64,000 nt of DNA from Podarcis erhardii. Lineage: Eukaryota. The notes under the pieces were generated by a model. The model was not told where the DNA came from and searched no databases. It saw only the letters and a list, made by a program, of their open reading frames with translations. How positions within the stretch are numbered: the first letter of the stretch is position 1; each line of letters begins with the position of its first letter. Positions 61,446-64,000 of this stretch are shown one piece after another. Position numbers and translations under genes: made by a program. The DNA lies in assembly GCA_964252035.1 (NCBI GenBank), contig OZ176205.1. One strand, given 5' to 3'.

Positions 61446-62809
61446 ATGGATGTGATTTTGTTGTTGGGTGCAGATAGATGATAAATAGATGATATTCTGT
61501 ATCTATATTTTCTTTTTCTTTTTTTGTATCTTAAAACCACTTAAACTACTATGTTAATGTCTTTCAAGTTCAAGAAAAGACTGCTGAATCTCATTAAAAT
61601 GAAGTTAAGCATCTTTGTTTGTTTTTTTTAAAAAAGAGGTGAACTACACTCTATTTTTCAAAAGTAAATTATTAGGACATAAAATGTGTCATGTTCTTTC
61701 CTCTGAACTTTAGATATTCGTTTATTTGCAAGGGATAGGGGAATTCAGGGTCACAAAGCTGCAAAAAATCAACATCATTAAGCTCTATACTTTATTTATA
61801 TTGGTGGATTAATATAATATATTTTTAGTTGGGATTTAAAGTCATAGTTTGGAATTAAGAATTACTCTCTTTCCTGGTCCATGACATACATAAAAAACAA
61901 AGGAACCAATATTGATCAGTACAGATTGATCCCAACAGCCTAACCTACCTCACAGGGTTGTTGTGAGGGTGAAGTGAAGGTCAGGAGAAGAACCGTGTGC
62001 TCCAACTAATCAATCAATAAACACACACACACACACACACACCAACATGAGGCTACAATGGGAAATGCCGCACCAGGAACTGGAATTTGCAGATGCCTCT
62101 GACTGTCAGCAAGTCATCCAATAAAAATCAAATTGAGAAGCACACTTTTTAAAGATGTAAGCTGATTTACTTCTTAGATATTTGGTGAAGAGAGCGCCAT
62201 GTGCTGTTTCATTCAAACTCTATCACATTTCAGCTCTTTCTTATATGACATAGCCTTTTGGTAATACAGGGTGATTTTATGGGTATTTCATTTTCATTGA
62301 TTTAAGTTAAATAAAATGATGGGGTGATTTCTTTTTTCTTTTTCTTTTTAGCTGAACTGCAATAAATATTGAGAGACACTTTTTGTAAGGAATTTGAGCT
62401 CCTCATGTTAACACCCAGCACTGGATCTATCCCAGCACACTGGTTCTCTATGGTTGTGATCCTATACACATTAAACTGAGGCAAATTCCATTTAATTCAG
62501 CTGTGCTGTCAGGGGCTGGACTGAGGGGGGGGGCAGCACCCCCCTTCGACTGAACCTTCCCGAGAACAGGAAGACAGTATAGATTTAGAACAGTGGTTTG
62601 CAGAAGGGCATAGTTCAGAGGCTGCAGAGAGGAGAAGCTGGGAAATATTGGGAGAGGAGCGGGAGGAAGAGGAAGCACCAGGGGAGAGTCAGCTGACAGA
62701 CTCAGTGTCTTTGGAAAGCATTCCTGACCCCCGCCCTCCCAGGACCAGACGAGCATTGAGGGTAGCAGAAAGCTCAAAGGCAGAAAGCTCAGATTAGCTG
62801 TCTCAGGGG

Positions 62810-63227
62810 CAAACTGTACGTAGTGATGCCGCACATGCGCCCTATGTAGCGGTTTCCTGACAGCGCCGCTTGAGTGCCGTACAGATGGTGCCGGGATCCT
62901 CTGCTCATGGCTGCAGCTGTGAATGGAGGATCTTCTACATGAGGTTGTAGCGGTGGCGGAGGGATCCTACCGCCATCCATACGACGCTAGAGTGGCTCTG
63001 GCGGCAAACCGCTATGTACAGCACAAGTGCGGCACCATTACGTACAGCGCATGTGCGTGACACCGCACATGCGCTGTACATAGCGGTTTGCCACTGGTGC
63101 AAGGATCCTCCACATGCGGCTGTTGTGGCGCGATGGCTACAAGCCATCCCGTGGGATGCCTTCTTGTCACCCCCCCCCCCGACATGGCACCTGAGGCGAA
63201 CTGCCCCCCCCCATTGCGGCAGCACTG
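62810..63227. mobile_element. CpG-rich hAT-like MITE inside the LTR
   Basis: Right end ...GCAGCACTG; flanking CTCAGGGG/CTCAGGTG possible 8-bp TSD; internal hairpins. Confidence 0.55.
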
Positions 63228-63347
63228 CTCAGGTGTGATGTAGAATAGGAGAGACGTACATACGGGGTGGGACTTTACTTGGAGCAACTCCATTATCTAC
63301 GAGAGACCGCATTCCTTTCTCTCTCTCTGTGAATATTGAATAAACTA

Positions 63348-63693
63348 CACGGGTGGCGCTGTGGGTTAAACCACAGAGCCTAGGACTTGCCGATCAGAAG
63401 GTCAGCAGTTCGAATCCCCGCGATGGGGTGAGCTCCCATTGCTCTGTCCCTGCTCCTGCCAACCTAGCAGTTCGAAAGCACGTCAAAGTGCAAGTAGATA
63501 AATAGGTACCACTCCGGCGGGAAGGTAAACGGTATTTCCGTCTGCTGCTCTGGTTCACCAGAAGCAGCTTAGTCATGCTGGCCACATGACCCAGAAGCTG
63601 TATGCCAGCTCCCTTGGCCAATAAAGCGAGATGAGCGCCGCAACCCCAGAGTCGGCCACGACTGGACCAAATGGTCCAGGGTCCTTTACCTTT
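63348..63693 (+). mobile_element. Sauria SINE inside the LTR
   Basis: GGGTGGCGCTGTGGG head, GTTCGAATCCC B box, CCTTTACCTTT tail. Confidence 0.95.
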
Positions 63694-64000
63694 AAGAACT
63701 CTTCTTGTTTACCTGCTTTTTGGCATCCCACTGGGGGAGGGATAGGATTCCCTGAAGCCTTGACATGTGCTTACTTTTGAATATACATGTTTAGGATGCA
63801 CAGCAAGTCTTCGGTTTTACACACACTTACATGGGTGTATAAATGTTCAATAAAACAAAAGAATTAGATGGTTGAATTTACATTGCTGGTGGTGGTTTTA
63901 TTTGCAATTGAGTTCTGTGTTCTGTTTTATTAAATATTAATAAAATTATTAAATAAACAGAGTGACACACAACTCTAAAACGTCTGTCTCCAAACTGAAA

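Larger units (their letters stand above)
62507..63765 (+). mobile_element. Solo LTR, family B, with two nested insertions
   Basis: TGTCAG...TTGACA; perfect 5-bp TSD TGTGC (62502-62506, 63766-63770); aligns to rc of 47895-48377 in U3 and around AATATTGAATAAA. Confidence 0.9.

Overview
Non-coding vertebrate DNA from a squamate reptile, probably a lacertid lizard (five Sauria SINEs plus Bov-B, CR1, L2, L1, RTE and Penelope-like retroelements, and hAT and Tc1/mariner MITEs). I recognise no host protein-coding exon, so this is probably intronic or intergenic DNA. Nearly all ORF-track entries are chance frames or decayed transposon ORFs. Young insertions are mostly nested in older repeats, and a ~15 kb stretch (29.2-44.0 kb) has almost none. 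Main observation: four LTRs (three complete solo LTRs with TG...CA ends and 5-bp TSDs, one 3'-truncated) from two families each carry a 100-140 codon acidic, Pro-rich reading frame. It starts at base 2 of the LTR (V-x-x-W) and ends in a basic motif. Paralogous copies differ mostly at synonymous positions, so the U3 region appears to have been under protein-coding selection. In family A the frame ends in R[KR]RSARL, which matches the HMGN nucleosome-binding core. Three Penelope-like inserts each carry a minimal hammerhead ribozyme at the 5' junction; one forms a perfect 88-bp inverted repeat. Family names are from recall of consensus features, not database searches.
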